Assembly: GCA_963662625.1 (NCBI GenBank)
Contig: OY759726.1
Coordinates: 1,440,001 to 1,504,000, forward strand
Length of the DNA: 64,000 nucleotides
Direction of reading: 5' to 3'
Source: Nitrosopumilus sp.
GTDB lineage: Archaea; Thermoproteota; Nitrososphaeria; Nitrososphaerales; Nitrosopumilaceae
Positions 23,458 to 33,733 of this stretch are shown here, piece by piece; position 1 is the stretch's first letter, and the number at the start of each line of letters is the position of its first letter. The notes under the pieces were generated by a model that saw only the letters and a program-made list of their open reading frames with translations, searched no databases and was not told where the DNA came from. Position numbers and translations under genes: made by a program.

Positions 23458-24385
23458 GGGCCCGCCCGCCCGCCTCGCTCCTCTTCATGCGCCTCGTCTC
23501 CACCAGTATCACCACCAGCAGGAACGCGAACAGCCACGGCAGGAACATTATCTCGCCGGCGACCTCGTGGAACGCCTCCCACTTTTCCGCGTCGGTCGTG
23601 ACCTTCAGCGCGTACCACGACAGCGAGAAGATCCTGATCATGTTGACCGCCACGGTGCCGACTATGCCCAGCGCAAAGTACGCGGACTTTCTCCCGCGCG
23701 GGATGTTCATCTTGAGCAGGAACGCCCCCATCACCAGCGAGTATATGATCACGCTGTGCACGCCGGCCGAGGGCCAGAACACCTGGAGGGCCATCGAGCC
23801 GTGGTCGCCCCTGAGGAACATGATGTTGTCGCGCGCCGTGGCGAACCCGAGGTCCAGGACGGTGATCAGCCAGACGTTCGCCTGGACCAGGTAGGGGACC
23901 ACGTACTGGAGCGGCCCCAGCGTGTCGTACGGGAAGAACGCGTCCAGCGAGAGGATGATGCCGCTGCCGGCAAGGAAGATGGGCCCGGCGGGGGCTATCC
24001 GTATCCAGCGGCCCCCGAAGAACGCGGTCAGCGCCGCCACGACGAACGCTGCCATCACGAAAAAGTCCCACATCCACGTCCACGAGTGCACCAGCTGGAC
24101 GTCGTACGACCCGGCCGACGCCACTATGTGGTCCCGCAGGCCGGCGTCCAGGCTGGCAAAGTACGCGATCGCCAGCGCGGCGAGCGGCGCCGCGCAGGCC
24201 AGGCGCCCCCGGGACACGGCGATCCTGAGCCCCACGAGCTCGGCGGCGATGAACACCAGCGCGAACAGGAACCCGCCCCGCCCCTGGTTCCAGCTGAAGC
24301 TGAAGCTGTCCGGGTACGCGGCCAGGACGAACAGGATGGGGCTGGTCAGCAGCAGTATGCCCGCGAAGAGGTTCCAGTTAGGCAT
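23444..24385 (-). CDS. Archaeosortase/exosortase family protein (thaumarchaeosortase-like)
   Basis: Multi-TM protein with VFWPSAGVHS, NMIRI and FHEVAGE motifs. Confidence 0.85.
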   Translation of the reverse strand: MPNWNLFAGILLLTSPILFVLAAYPDSFSFSWNQGRGGFLFALVFIAAELVGLRIAVSRGRLACAAPLAALAIAYFASLDAGLRDHIVASAGSYDVQLVHSWTWMWDFFVMAAFVVAALTAFFGGRWIRIAPAGPIFLAGSGIILSLDAFFPYDTLGPLQYVVPYLVQANVWLITVLDLGFATARDNIMFLRGDHGSMALQVFWPSAGVHSVIIYSLVMGAFLLKMNIPRGRKSAYFALGIVGTVAVNMIRIFSLSWYALKVTTDAEKWEAFHEVAGEIMFLPWLFAFLLVVILVETRRMKRSEAGGRAPKSS

Positions 24386-24431
24386 CGCTCTGGTCAGGGG
24401 CCGGGCCAATAAATAGATCGGTCTGCCCCGC

Positions 24432-25586
24432 CTAGGTGTACTCGGAGATCCGCCTCTGCCTCAGCAGCCGCGTGACGCTGCCCCGCGCGAGCCACTCCGC
24501 CTTGCTGACGCTCGTGTGCCCGGCCGCCACGTCCAGCGCCTCGTCGAGGCCGCCGGCCTCCCGCGGCCCGGAGGCCATCGCGAGCCGGACCCCCTCCCTC
24601 ACCTGCCAGACGCCCACCGGGACGGCGTACTCCGGGCGTATCTCGCGCAGCACCAGCGCCCCGGCCTGGACGCCCCTCCCCGCGAGGTACTCGGCGACGC
24701 CGAGCCTGGCCGCAAAGTACGCCCCTGCTATGGAGGGCGGGTGGCCCAGCCCCCTGGCGTCCTCGCAGTCGGAGCCGAACCCAACGGCGCCGCCCGAGTG
24801 CCAGGCCTCCGTCATCTCGAAGACCCACCTGTGCGGGAACAGCACCACGGAGAACGCGTTCCCGAGGTGCGCGTGCGTGAAGACGGCGTGCGAGTCGATC
24901 TCCGGCATGTCCAGGACGTCCCCCACCAGGGACCGCGATATGGTGTCGTCGGTGGCAGCGATGCTCCACCTGGTGGGGACGAGCCTCCTCCTCCGGCCCA
25001 GCATCCCGATGCTGAGGCACCTCTGGATCCTGGTGACGTCTATCCCGGAGCGGTACAGCCCCACCACCGCGTCGGCCGACCCCAGGTCCCTGTCGTAGTA
25101 GGCCCTCTCGATGGCCCTGGACGGCGGCGACGCCGAGAACCTGGCGTCCCTCACCTCCCCCGCGGGGCCGAACGGGGCGCTCTCGCCGTCGACGTGCGCC
25201 GAGGGGGAGACCGCCCCGCTGAACCGCAGGTCGGAGTCGACGGGCCTCGACGACATCGCCACCTCCTGCAGGTCCCCGACGTAGCGCGACCCCGTGTCGC
25301 CGGCGCGGATCCTCCGGATCCCGCGGACCAGTCCCAGGCGGAAGCCGACGATCTCCTCCAGCGTCATGCCGGCCCACCGCTCCGGGCTGTCGAGCAGGCT
25401 GGTGTCGCCGTGGGCCTGCGGGACCATGGGCCCGACCGACACCCTCGGGTACCCGTGCGACCCCACGAAGACGGACGGCGGGCTGGACCCGCTCACGGAG
25501 TCCGACTGGAACAGGCCGCCCCGCCCCGCGGGGCCCGCGTGCCACCTTTCCAGGATGGCCTTCCTGATGTCCTGCGCGCTCGGCAC
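24432..25586 (-). CDS. nreA: Nre (DUF650/DUF651) DNA repair protein
   Basis: GSSPPSVFVG...YP, LVPTRWSIAATD, PVGVWQVRE; C-terminal PIP-like QRRISEY. Confidence 0.88.
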   Translation of the reverse strand: MPSAQDIRKAILERWHAGPAGRGGLFQSDSVSGSSPPSVFVGSHGYPRVSVGPMVPQAHGDTSLLDSPERWAGMTLEEIVGFRLGLVRGIRRIRAGDTGSRYVGDLQEVAMSSRPVDSDLRFSGAVSPSAHVDGESAPFGPAGEVRDARFSASPPSRAIERAYYDRDLGSADAVVGLYRSGIDVTRIQRCLSIGMLGRRRRLVPTRWSIAATDDTISRSLVGDVLDMPEIDSHAVFTHAHLGNAFSVVLFPHRWVFEMTEAWHSGGAVGFGSDCEDARGLGHPPSIAGAYFAARLGVAEYLAGRGVQAGALVLREIRPEYAVPVGVWQVREGVRLAMASGPREAGGLDEALDVAAGHTSVSKAEWLARGSVTRLLRQRRISEYT

Positions 25587-25826
25587 GGGTACCCTTGCGC
25601 GCCTGCGCCTATTAACCTGCCTGACGCGCCGCGCGGGATGGCGGGGCCCCCGGCATGCCGCGCGCCGCCGTCAGCAGCGGTCCATGCCGTCGTCGTCGGG
25701 ATCCCGCCGGCTGGGCCTGATCGGAACGTAAATCAGCTTCACGGATCACCTTGCAGCCGGTGCAAGATACGTTCCAAGGTCGCGAAAGTTTGCCCAATTG
25801 GTGAACGGTCGCAACCAAGCGCCGGC

Positions 25827-26306
25827 TCACCGGCCGGCGCCGCACTCCGCCCGGAGGGACCTGGCGGTGGCATAGTACGCCAGCAGCAGGACCGCGACGG
25901 CGGCGGCGCGGATCGGGATCTCGTGGTTGGAGAGGAACGCCGACGCCGCGGCCCCCGCCCCGCCGAACGTCGAGACCATCGCGAACCCCACCGGGCCGCA
26001 GCCGCACGCCCCCGAGGCGGAGCCCAGGACGGACCCCGCCACGCCCCCGCCGGCCCGCCGCCCCGATCCCCTGGCCGCCCTCATCCTGAAGACGTTCATC
26101 GGGATCACCAGCGCCGACAGGGCGCACAGGGCCAGGATCAGCGCGAGGCCGGCCTCCGAGCCCGGCGGCAGGCCGCCGGCCACGTACGGCTCGAGGAAGA
26201 CGTACCCGGAGGCGGCCAGCAGCCCGAGCGCCATCGCCGAGAAGATGGCCGAGGCCATCAGGGCGTACGCGGGCCTCGAGAACACGAGCCTTGCAGCGCC
26301 GGCCAT
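25827..26306 (-). CDS. Membrane protein with GACGCGP motif
   Basis: Several hydrophobic helices; immediately downstream of the DsbA-like gene. Confidence 0.75.
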   Translation of the reverse strand: MAGAARLVFSRPAYALMASAIFSAMALGLLAASGYVFLEPYVAGGLPPGSEAGLALILALCALSALVIPMNVFRMRAARGSGRRAGGGVAGSVLGSASGACGCGPVGFAMVSTFGGAGAAASAFLSNHEIPIRAAAVAVLLLAYYATARSLRAECGAGR

Positions 26307-26307
26307 G

Positions 26308-26979
26308 CTACACCATGGAGTCGAGCACCATCTTGAAGGACGCGTAGGGCTGCGCGCCGACCAGGGTCTCAGCCCTGCCGTCCGGCCCGACTATGACGAA
26401 CGTGGGGGTGCCGGTGGCCCCGTGCCCGAGGGCCTGGTCCGTGTTGTACCTGACGCGGTCCGCGTGCTCGCCCGATCCCATGCAGCCGTCGAAGGCGCCC
26501 ATGTCCAGGCCGATGTCGAACGCGAACGCCCTGAGCCGCTCCCCGCCGGCCCAGCCGTTGTCGATCCGCGACTCCTGGGAGGAGTACAGCAGGTCGTGGT
26601 ACTCCCAGTACGCCCCCTGGTCGCCGGCGCAGTGGGACGCCTGCGCCGCGGGGCCCGAGTCCCTCCCGAGGAACGCCATGTCGACGAACACCAGGCTCGC
26701 CTTCCCCGGCTCGATGTACTCGCGCGTTATGGCCGGCTTCGTGTTGTGGAACCAGTTGTAGCACTGGTGGCACTGGTAGTCGCCGAACTCTATTATGGTG
26801 ACCGGCGCCGAGGGGTCGCCCAGGACGGGCGAGCCCATGGCGGTGGACACGCCGCCCGGCACCTCGCCCGCCTGGGGGCCGGGGCCGCCGGGGGGCGGCT
26901 GGTACGCGGCCGAGGCGGCTGCCGCCACCGCCACTACGGCGGCGACGGCCGCCACGACGGCGGCGCCCTTCTTGTTCAT
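26308..26979 (-). CDS. DsbA/thioredoxin-like disulfide oxidoreductase
   Basis: EFGDYQCHQC and GATGTPTF. Confidence 0.92.
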   Translation of the reverse strand: MNKKGAAVVAAVAAVVAVAAAASAAYQPPPGGPGPQAGEVPGGVSTAMGSPVLGDPSAPVTIIEFGDYQCHQCYNWFHNTKPAITREYIEPGKASLVFVDMAFLGRDSGPAAQASHCAGDQGAYWEYHDLLYSSQESRIDNGWAGGERLRAFAFDIGLDMGAFDGCMGSGEHADRVRYNTDQALGHGATGTPTFVIVGPDGRAETLVGAQPYASFKMVLDSMV

Positions 26980-27010
26980 GGCTGGTATTCCAGGGACTGG
27001 ACTAAAAAAC

Positions 27011-27205
27011 CTATTCGGGGCGGCCCCGGCGCCCCCTGAACAGGCCGAGCAGCCTGTCTATCGCGGTGTCTATCGGGCAGGCCTCGCAGGGGGCCGCGGG
27101 GGAATGGCCGCGCAGGTGCCTGTCAAACTCGCCCCTGGAGCCGAACACCCGGTCGCACGCCTGGCAGTAGACCTTGGTGACGGGGCTCTTGGGGGGCTTT
27201 TCCAC
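27011..27205 (-). CDS. Small C2H2 zinc-finger protein
   Basis: CQACDRVF...FDRHLRGH...CEACP. Confidence 0.8.
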   Translation of the reverse strand: MEKPPKSPVTKVYCQACDRVFGSRGEFDRHLRGHSPAAPCEACPIDTAIDRLLGLFRGRRGRPE

Positions 27206-27281
27206 AATTGGCAGTGCCGCCCAGTGCTTATAAAGAGTCCTGTCCGCGGATCCCCGGGGCGATCACGCGCGGGGCCGGCGG

Positions 27282-27650
27282 CTACAGGTAGTGCATCTTC
27301 TGGTGGTTCTGGTAGTCCACCTCGTACCTCGTGACGTACCCGCAGTGCGTGCACGAGAACATGTCTGACACCGGCTTGGCCTCCCTCTCGATGGCCTTCC
27401 CGGACAGCGACCTGATGGACACCTTGCCGCCGCCCGACACCACCGCGAAGTTGCCGCCCTCCCCGATCGAGTCGAGGAACTCCTTGATCGCCGACACCAC
27501 CACGGCGGCGTCGATCCCCTCGTCGTCGTCGAAGGACGACAGGGTGAACTCGTGGTTCTTCAGGGTGGGGATCGCGGCCACCTGGTCCGACACGTAGACC
27601 ACCAGCTCGTTCCTTATGGGCTCCACGTCCCTGCAGTCGACCCTGAGCAT
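27282..27650 (-). CDS. Protein with C-terminal C2H2 zinc finger
   Basis: FSCTHCGYVTRYEVDYQNHQKMH; ATG at 27650 preferred. Confidence 0.85.
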   Translation of the reverse strand: MLRVDCRDVEPIRNELVVYVSDQVAAIPTLKNHEFTLSSFDDDEGIDAAVVVSAIKEFLDSIGEGGNFAVVSGGGKVSIRSLSGKAIEREAKPVSDMFSCTHCGYVTRYEVDYQNHQKMHYL

Positions 27651-27757
27651 ACCGTGGTGGGCGCGCCGACGGTATTTTAGTATAACACCGGCGCGCCCCC
27701 GCGGCGCGGGGAGGGGCCCGAAAATGATTATTAGCGGCGTGGCGCCCAACGTGGTGC

Positions 27758-28144
27758 ATGGGGGACTCTGAGACGTTCGGGGTGGAGAGCGGCCACGGCA
27801 GGGAGGTTGTCGAGTGGATGAACTCCCAGTCGGCCGAGAGGGGACTGAAACTGGAGGCGCGGCTGTACGGACACACGGTGTCCACGTCCAACTTCGGCGA
27901 CTTTGAGATGTTCTCGTGGATCGGCGACGCGCAGGCGGCCAGGAAGCTGGTGATCAGGGCCAGCAAGAGGTTCAGGGTAAGGGTGATAGAGGGCGGGTAC
28001 AAGCCAAAGGAGAGGGTGTTCCGCGTGAAGAAGTTCGACTACGGCAAGGTGCGCATGGGCGACAAGACCGTGGGGCAGATCGAGTTCGCCGCGTCCAGGA
28101 TCGGGGGCGGCAAGTGGGAGGTCAGCGATGAGGAGCGGCACTGA
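27758..28144 (+). CDS. Hypothetical protein
   Basis: Strong host codon bias; overlaps the next gene. Confidence 0.8.
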   Translation: MGDSETFGVESGHGREVVEWMNSQSAERGLKLEARLYGHTVSTSNFGDFEMFSWIGDAQAARKLVIRASKRFRVRVIEGGYKPKERVFRVKKFDYGKVRMGDKTVGQIEFAASRIGGGKWEVSDEERH

Positions 28145-29033
28145 GCCGGGCGGGCCGCCCGCCAGGGTGGGGATCGTCGGCGCCGGGATGCTGGGCAGCG
28201 CGGTGGGCGCGCGCCTGCTGGACTCGGGCGTCGGGCTCGCGGTGTACAACAGGACCGCGGAAAAGGCGGAGGCGCTGGGATCCAGGGGCGCCCTGGTGGC
28301 CGGCTCCCCACGGGAGGTGGCCGAGGCGTCAGACATCGTGCTGACCGTGGTGAGGGACGCCGGCGCGGTAAGCGAGGTCTCCTTCGGGAGGGGCGGGATC
28401 GTGGAGGGGCTCCACGACGGCCTGGCAGTCGCCGACATGAGCACCGTGAACCCGTTCGAGTCGAGGGGGATCTCTGCCAGGTTCGCGCGGCACGGGATCA
28501 GGAAGCTGGACGCCCCCGTGATGGGCGGCCCCAAGGCCGCCGCCGCCGGGGACCTGGCCGTGATGTGCTCCGGGGACAGGGAGGAGTTCGAGAGGTTCGA
28601 GCCGCTCTTCAGGACGATCGGCAGGGACGTGTTCTACCTCGGCGGGGACGGCGTGGCGCACTCCGTCAAGCTGGCCATGAACCTACAGATAGCGATGCTG
28701 GCGCTGTCGCTGTCGGAGGGGATCGTACTGGCGGAGAGGTCCGGGGTGGACCCGGAGGCGTTCCTGGAGGTGCTCAACTCCACGTACTTTAGCACCGGGA
28801 TGAGCCGGAACAAGGCCCACGGGATGGTCCGCCGGAGCCACGATCCCACGTTCACGCTGGAGAACCTCAAGAAGGACGTGTCGACGATGACGGAGACGGC
28901 CAGGGAGCTCGGGATCAGGCTCCCGATGACGGAGAGGGCCGAGGGCGTCTACGGGGACGCCGCGGACGGCGGGCTCGGCGGCGTGGACTATACCGGGATC
29001 ATCGAGCACGTGAGGAGGCTCAACGGGTACTGA
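28128..29033 (+). CDS. NAD(P)-dependent beta-hydroxyacid dehydrogenase (3-hydroxyisobutyrate/6-PG family)
   Basis: GIVGAGMLG, YNRT, DMSTV, LDAPVMGG and KLAMN. Confidence 0.93.
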   Translation: MRSGTEPGGPPARVGIVGAGMLGSAVGARLLDSGVGLAVYNRTAEKAEALGSRGALVAGSPREVAEASDIVLTVVRDAGAVSEVSFGRGGIVEGLHDGLAVADMSTVNPFESRGISARFARHGIRKLDAPVMGGPKAAAAGDLAVMCSGDREEFERFEPLFRTIGRDVFYLGGDGVAHSVKLAMNLQIAMLALSLSEGIVLAERSGVDPEAFLEVLNSTYFSTGMSRNKAHGMVRRSHDPTFTLENLKKDVSTMTETARELGIRLPMTERAEGVYGDAADGGLGGVDYTGIIEHVRRLNGY

Positions 29034-29195
29034 GGCGCGCCGGGGGCCCGGCGTCCCGCGGCGCGGGGGGCGCCGTGCAGGCCTTTCGCCGCGTCCTGGG
29101 GCCGCGTCCCGGGGCCGCAGGCCGCGGCGGCTTGGGGATCAGACCCCAAATAATAAATAAAACCAAGCCACAACCTTAATGGTATAGTGGAATAA

Positions 29196-30140
29196 TTGAG
29201 CGACCCCGATAAATCTAAAGACGCCGAAGACATCCTGTCCGAATTTAAATCAAAAAAATCCGAGCCCTCCCGGGAATCCGCCGAGGATCCCCCCGAGCCC
29301 GCGCCGTACGGTTCGCCTTCAGACCAGTCACCCGAGCCCGCACCGTACGGATCACCCTCAGACGATCCCCCCGAGCCCGCGCCGTACGGATCAACCTCAG
29401 ACCAGCCGCAAGAACCCGAGGGCGCCGCGCCCGACGATGCCGACGCGCGGCCCGAACCCCCGGCAGACGATCCCCCCGAGCCCGCGCCGTACGGATCGAC
29501 CTCAGACCAGCCGCAAGAACCCGAGGGCGCCGCGCCCGACGATGCCGACGCGCGGCCCGAACCCCCGGCAGACGATCCCCCCGAGCCCGCGCCGTACGGA
29601 TCGACCTCAGACCAGCCGCAAGAACCCGAGGGCGCCGCGCCCGACGATGCCGACGCGCGGCCCGAACCCCCGGCAGACGATCCCCCCGAGCCCGCGCCGT
29701 ACGGATCGACCTCAGACCAGCCGCAAGAACCCGAGGGCGCCGCGCCCGACAATGCCGAACCGCCAGCCGGGGAGGAGCACGAGCCGGTACCGGAAACCGC
29801 CGAGCCAGCGCCGGAGTCGCCCGGCGCGCCCGCGGAAGACGAGGCAAAACCCGCCGAGGATCGCGACGTCGTGTTCGTCGGGATCAAGCCGCTCATGACG
29901 TACGTCACCGCCACCCTGACGCAGCTCTCGACAAGGGAAACCGTCACCATCAAGGCCAGGGGCAGGAAGATAACCCAGGCAGTCGACATATCCCAGATGA
30001 TCGTAAAACGCATGAACACCGTGGGCTATTCCGTCGGCGACATCAGGATCTCGTCCGTGTCCCTCACCTCCAAGGACGGCAAGCAGCGCAACGTCTCCAC
30101 CATAGAGATCGACATAATCAACAGCGGCAACCTCGCGTGA
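29196..30140 (+). CDS. albA: Alba chromatin protein with long acidic Pro-rich repeat N-terminus
   Basis: C-terminal VFVGIKPLMTYV...IKARGRKITQAVD...RNVSTIEI. Confidence 0.9.
   Translation: MSDPDKSKDAEDILSEFKSKKSEPSRESAEDPPEPAPYGSPSDQSPEPAPYGSPSDDPPEPAPYGSTSDQPQEPEGAAPDDADARPEPPADDPPEPAPYGSTSDQPQEPEGAAPDDADARPEPPADDPPEPAPYGSTSDQPQEPEGAAPDDADARPEPPADDPPEPAPYGSTSDQPQEPEGAAPDNAEPPAGEEHEPVPETAEPAPESPGAPAEDEAKPAEDRDVVFVGIKPLMTYVTATLTQLSTRETVTIKARGRKITQAVDISQMIVKRMNTVGYSVGDIRISSVSLTSKDGKQRNVSTIEIDIINSGNLA
29283..29757 (+). repeat. Coding tandem repeat: 105-bp unit x ~3.8, preceded by two 39-bp sub-units
   Basis: gacgatcccccc starts at 29361, 29466, 29571 and 29676; PEPAPYGS occurs six times. Confidence 0.95.
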
Positions 30141-30260
30141 CCGCGGAGGACGGCCGCCCCGCTCCCGCGTCCTGCGCGACCCGAACCATTCCAGGCAGAT
30201 CCGCGCGCGCCGTGCGTGCCGGCGCCCGCGGCCCGCGCTGCGGCAGGGCCCGCCTGCTCG

Positions 30261-30905
30261 CTAGCCCGCCCCGGGAAGAAACGCGGCCAGCTTTGCAAAG
30301 TGCCCCGCGTACGCCTCCCTCGTCAGCCGCCGCCTCCCGCCGCCCCTTATCACGAAGGCCGGGTGCCACAGGGGCAGGACCGAGAACCTCCCGCCCTTCC
30401 TCACCCTCCCGAAGCCCTTCCCGGAGAAACCCGCGCCCAGCAGCGCCCTGGACGCCGTCAGGCCCAGGGTGACCACCAGCCTGGGCCTGATGATCTCCAG
30501 CTCCTTTTCCAGAAAGCCCGCGCAGTTGGCGATCTCGGCCCCGGTCGGCGGCCTGTTCGTCCCGTCCGCGCCCATGGGGCTGCAGCGCACCACGTTGGTG
30601 ACGTAGACCCGCCGCAGCGCGGGGCGCGTCGACTCCGGCCCGGACAGGCTCAGCCCCAGGCCGCGCAGCAACCCCTGCAGGAACACGCCGCTCCTGTCCC
30701 CCGTGAACGGCACGCCGGTCCGGTCGGCCCCAAGCCTCCCCGGGGCCTCCCCCACGATGAGGATCTCCGCGGCGGGATCGCCATAGCCTGCAACCGCCCG
30801 GCTCCTGGACTCCACGAGCCTCTCGCAGAGCGTGCACGAGCGGACCCTCCTCGCCAGGGCGTCCCTCCGCCTGGCCGGCGCCGCGTCCATGTCCTGTTCA
30901 GGCAT
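30261..30905 (-). CDS. udg: Uracil-DNA glycosylase (family 4/5, Fe-S type)
   Basis: CTLCERL, VGEAPG, TGVPFTG, TNVVRCSP and LWHPA. Confidence 0.92.
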   Translation of the reverse strand: MPEQDMDAAPARRRDALARRVRSCTLCERLVESRSRAVAGYGDPAAEILIVGEAPGRLGADRTGVPFTGDRSGVFLQGLLRGLGLSLSGPESTRPALRRVYVTNVVRCSPMGADGTNRPPTGAEIANCAGFLEKELEIIRPRLVVTLGLTASRALLGAGFSGKGFGRVRKGGRFSVLPLWHPAFVIRGGGRRRLTREAYAGHFAKLAAFLPGAG

Positions 30906-31004
30906 GCGCGCCGGCACAAAAAAACCCTGCCTTCCGCGCGGCGGGCCGCCGCCGGCCGGACCCTTGGAGCCCCCAGCCGCCGTATGTCGGGCACGGGAGG
31001 AGGC

Positions 31005-31590
31005 ATGCCGGGACTCGGCGAAAAGATCGAGCCCAACAATGCGGGCAAGTCCATCCTGCCGCTGCTCGGTGCCAAGAACCGGGAACCCGTCCCGGGCCCG
31101 CCGCACCCCCAAAAAGAGGCGCTCCTACTGCCCGGCCTCTTTTCCTGACCCGACGTGGAAACTGACCACGTGCCATGCCTCTCGGGGCCACACGGCGACA
31201 TCGCGGCCCACGGGGAAGGGCAGCTTTCCACGTATGGCCTAGCGAACGCCAAGGCTGGCGAGACGAGTCTGGCCGGTGGCGGAGCAGGGGCGCGCCAGAA
31301 ACCGGTGGGCGGCGCGCCAAAAGGGCGCGTCAAGAAGATCGAGTAGTTCCAGGATCTCCTGGACGACCTGGCCAAAGGCGGGCTCCCGGCATTCACTTAT
31401 TTTGCATGCCCGCCCGCCGGGGGCCTGGAAAAGGAGCCGGCGGATCACAAGGGCGTGCTCCCAAAACGAAGGCGGCTCGCGGCCTCCCCCGGCAGGAAGG
31501 ACAAGCCGAGCGCGCAAAAGGCGGCACGGGCAGCCGGCCAAGGCCCGGAAGATTTCACACGCGGATTGGAACGGCGGGCCGACGAAGGCG
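31005..31590 (+). pseudogene. Decayed winged-helix antitoxin-like gene with UPF0175-like C-terminal HTH
   Basis: One frame with two in-frame stops (31146, 31344); remnant HPQKEALL...GPHG and KPSAQKAARAAG motifs. Confidence 0.6.
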
Positions 31591-31673
31591 CTGGACGCCG
31601 CGGCGGCCTTCCTGCAACGCCGGCGGGCGGGCGCAATTTTTTTGTATGGCGGCGCCGCACGAAACCCGGTGGC

Positions 31674-31904
31674 ATGGACGGCAGGAGGGCGATAGCGCTG
31701 GCGGCGTCGGCGGTAGCCGTCTCGGCATGCGCCGCGCTCGCCCTCTCGTTCGGCTCCTGCGGGATCGCCCACGTCGAGATAACCGGCGGCCTGGCGTCCT
31801 ACGAGCGGGGCATGGATCCCGAGTCCTGCGAGGAGCTGCTGGACAGGATCTACGAGTTCAACGACGTGTGCGCCCCGCGCGTAGAGATAGTCGACTGCGG
31901 CTAG
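31674..31904 (+). CDS. Small exported Cys-containing protein
   Basis: Signal/TM segment, then SCG...DPESC...DVC...IVDCG. Confidence 0.75.
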   Translation: MDGRRAIALAASAVAVSACAALALSFGSCGIAHVEITGGLASYERGMDPESCEELLDRIYEFNDVCAPRVEIVDCG

Positions 31905-31913
31905 GGGCGGCCC

Positions 31914-32627
31914 CTACCCGTACATCAGGTCCTTGAGGTGCCGCGACTCCTCGTCGGCCTGCCTGATGGCCCTCTCGGCCTTCTCGGCCTCCCTCTGGAG
32001 CGACGGCACGTCGCAGGCGGCCCCCGGGATCAGCCGCGACATCGCCGCGCACAGCTCCGCGCTCGACTTGAAGTCGGGGCCCGCCCCGGCAGACTGGAAC
32101 ACTATCACGATGACGTCCTGCCCGGAGACGCTGCCCTCGCTGAGCAGCATCCCGGGGATGCCCGGGACCACGCCCTGCCCCAGCGCCTCCAGCCCCGCCC
32201 TGGACAGCTCCTCCCTGGCCGACTCCGTGCTGCCCACCGCGGCGATCCCGCCGGCGCCGCCCGCTGACTTTACGGCCGCGCTGCTCACGATCAGCCTGAT
32301 CTTGTGCTTCCTTGCCCACGCGAGCATGGCCCTGGCCGCGCCCCTGTGCATCTGCTCGCCCAGCACGAGGTACGACAGGAACACGGAGACCCTGAGCCCG
32401 TCGTTGGCGAAGATGCGCGTGGGGTAGCTGGGGACGCCCCCGCTCACCAGGCTGATGGGGGGGAAGCCGTCGGAGTCGACCACCCCGGCCAGCGTAAAGT
32501 CGGACGTGCGCACCATCGACTCGGACGCGATCGAGCTGCTGAACCCCACCGACGGGAACCCGTCTATGAGGTAGCCGCCTTCCAGGTCCAGCGGCCTGGT
32601 CTCCCTGATCCTGATCCTCGGGCGCAT
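31914..32627 (-). CDS. PAC2 proteasome assembly chaperone family protein
   Basis: IDGFPSVGFSSSIA, FPPIS and GPDFKSSA. Confidence 0.88.
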   Translation of the reverse strand: MRPRIRIRETRPLDLEGGYLIDGFPSVGFSSSIASESMVRTSDFTLAGVVDSDGFPPISLVSGGVPSYPTRIFANDGLRVSVFLSYLVLGEQMHRGAARAMLAWARKHKIRLIVSSAAVKSAGGAGGIAAVGSTESAREELSRAGLEALGQGVVPGIPGMLLSEGSVSGQDVIVIVFQSAGAGPDFKSSAELCAAMSRLIPGAACDVPSLQREAEKAERAIRQADEESRHLKDLMYG

Positions 32628-32678
32628 CGCAGTGGTTGCCCTGCACGGTGTAATAGGCTTTTTCCCGCCGCGCGTGCC

Positions 32679-33626
32679 CTACCGCGCGCCCTTCAGCCTG
32701 GCCGCCGCGGCGGCGTAGACGAACGGCAGGATGGTCGTGGCCTCCGCGTGCAGGGTAGCCTGCCTGGCCCCCTCGGTGACCTTCCCCCACGAGACGGCCT
32801 CCCTGACCTCAGCGCCGCTCAGGCTGCCGTCAAACTCCTGCGCGGTGGTGACGTAGAACGCATAGTCCAGGCCGCCCCTGTACTGGTTCCACCACAGCGT
32901 GTGGTGCTTGGATATGCCCCCGCCCACCATCAGCGCGCCGGACCTCTCCGCCTTGAAGATCATCCCCGACACCAGGTCCGCGTCCCCGATCAGGTCCAGC
33001 CTGAAGTCCCTGTGCTTCTGGGCGAACATCCAGACCTGGCTGCCCACCGCGCCGTCCACTATCCCGGGCACTATTACCTTGACGCCCTTCCTGCGGGCCC
33101 AGTGGAGGATCGAGTCCTCCCCGAGGTGCCTCCCTATCATGTCGCATATGCCGGCGGTGGACATCTCCCTCACGCCGGCGGCGTACTCCTCCTCCAGGAA
33201 CGACTGCACCTTCTCCTCGATCAGCGGGCCGTAGCTCCCGGCCGGCACCAGGACGTTCCCCAGCCTGTGCAGGCCGCTGCCCGCGAGCTCGCCGTCGTCC
33301 ATCGTGAAGGACCCCTCCCTGTAGTCCGAGAAGTGCCTCGCGATGTCGTGGTCCAGCGCGCCGCAGGTGGTGACCGCCACGTCGAACCACCCCTCCTTCA
33401 CCATGTCCCTGATGACGCCCCTCAGCCCCGTGGACGTCACGGCCGCCACGAACGAGACGAACCGCAGGCACCCCTCGTCGCGGACCATCGACGAGAGTAT
33501 GTCGACCCCGGCCGCGAGGTTCACCGACTCGAAGCCGCCAGACCGGGCCATCTGCGACACGACCTCGTCGGCCGTCGACCCGGCGCCCACGTGGATGTCC
33601 TTCACGGGCCTTCCGGGATCCACCAT
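32679..33626 (-). CDS. dys: Deoxyhypusine synthase
   Basis: STGLRG, GALDHD, GGGISKHH and DGSLSGA...EAVSWGK. Confidence 0.95.
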   Translation of the reverse strand: MVDPGRPVKDIHVGAGSTADEVVSQMARSGGFESVNLAAGVDILSSMVRDEGCLRFVSFVAAVTSTGLRGVIRDMVKEGWFDVAVTTCGALDHDIARHFSDYREGSFTMDDGELAGSGLHRLGNVLVPAGSYGPLIEEKVQSFLEEEYAAGVREMSTAGICDMIGRHLGEDSILHWARRKGVKVIVPGIVDGAVGSQVWMFAQKHRDFRLDLIGDADLVSGMIFKAERSGALMVGGGISKHHTLWWNQYRGGLDYAFYVTTAQEFDGSLSGAEVREAVSWGKVTEGARQATLHAEATTILPFVYAAAAARLKGAR

Positions 33627-33733
33627 GCAGGGATCACCGGCGCCCGCTATAAAACCCTGTCTTGGGGCCGGGGCGGGGCTTTCCCCGCGCCCCCTACGAA
33701 GGCTTTTAATGGCATTGGCTGCAAGCGTACGCA

